Virus record (IMG/VR): IMGVR_UViG_3300036770_003657
Span: 310,001 to 374,000 of that record
Reading direction: 5' to 3' (one strand)
Length of the DNA: 64,000 nt
Shown: positions 63,709 through 64,000 of the stretch, piece by piece
How positions within the stretch are numbered: position 1 is the first letter of the stretch
How the letters are laid out: the number at the start of each line of letters is the position of its first letter
Translations under genes and position numbers: made by a program
Notes under the pieces: model-generated
Databases searched by the model: none
The model's input: only the letters and a program-made list of their open reading frames with translations
Told to the model about the DNA's origin: nothing

Positions 63709-64000
63709 TTTTTTTTTGTAAGTATGGCAGCAAGTCTACGGCTATAAGCAGCAGTTTCTCTCATAGCACGACCTGCTGGTTCCGCTGCCCCTGCTGCACC
63801 AAGTTCATCTTCCATACCTGCTGCTGCTTCTGGAGCACCTACTTCTGGAGCACCCATACCACCCATACCCATGCCTGCGCCACCTGGAGCTTCTGTGCCT
63901 GTTAATACTGCTACTGCCTGTGCTAGTGCTTGACGATTTTTCTCTAAGGCCAAATATATTTCATCTAGAGCAGGACGAACTGTTTGTTCAAAACTGCTAC
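63705..64000 (-). CDS. C-terminal part of a probable head core/scaffold-type protein; runs off window end
   Basis: Open from window end; Gly/Met/Ala/Glu/Pro-rich linker, ends ...RRLAAILTKKK*. Confidence 0.6.
   Translation of the reverse strand, partial: SSFEQTVRPALDEIYLALEKNRQALAQAVAVLTGTEAPGGAGMGMGGMGAPEVGAPEAAAGMEDELGAAGAAEPAGRAMRETAAYSRRLAAILTKKK

Overview
Segment of a large, AT-rich, T4-like/jumbo dsDNA phage genome. Genes are mostly on the minus strand. The host is probably a Betaproteobacterium (inferred from the porin, rubrerythrin-DUF3501, iscU/iscA, dnaK and nrdAB). Layout: (1-7.7 kb) an island of small modifying enzymes (desaturase, GNATs, several HxD...H oxygenase-like paralogs, methyltransferases, KpsS-like). 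(1.8 kb and 7.7-13.4 kb) 21 CCA-encoded tRNAs interleaved with a family of unannotated hairpin RNAs, a protein-kinase-like gene and a nitroreductase. This block is headed by stacked consensus sigma70 promoters and an apparent ribosome-dependent attenuator whose 36-aa leader uses 18 of the 20 amino acids; this is the most striking feature. (13.7-19.8 kb) rubrerythrin-DUF3501 and a helicase-methyltransferase R-M-like island. (20-27 kb) a LuxR plus collagen/Tyr-rich/Pro-rich cluster, a porin and an S-layer-like gene. (27-43 kb) HemD-like, bilin reductase plus heme oxygenase, ClpS, Hsp20 and DnaK (both with ROSE-like thermometers), bS21, lipoproteins, SleB, IscA/IscU. (43-64 kb) PAAR, a 4.1k-aa tail/virion protein, Grx-NrdB-NrdA, a PD-(D/E)XK nuclease and a candidate -1 frameshift at A_AAA_AAG. 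All calls are by eye from motifs; no database searches were run.
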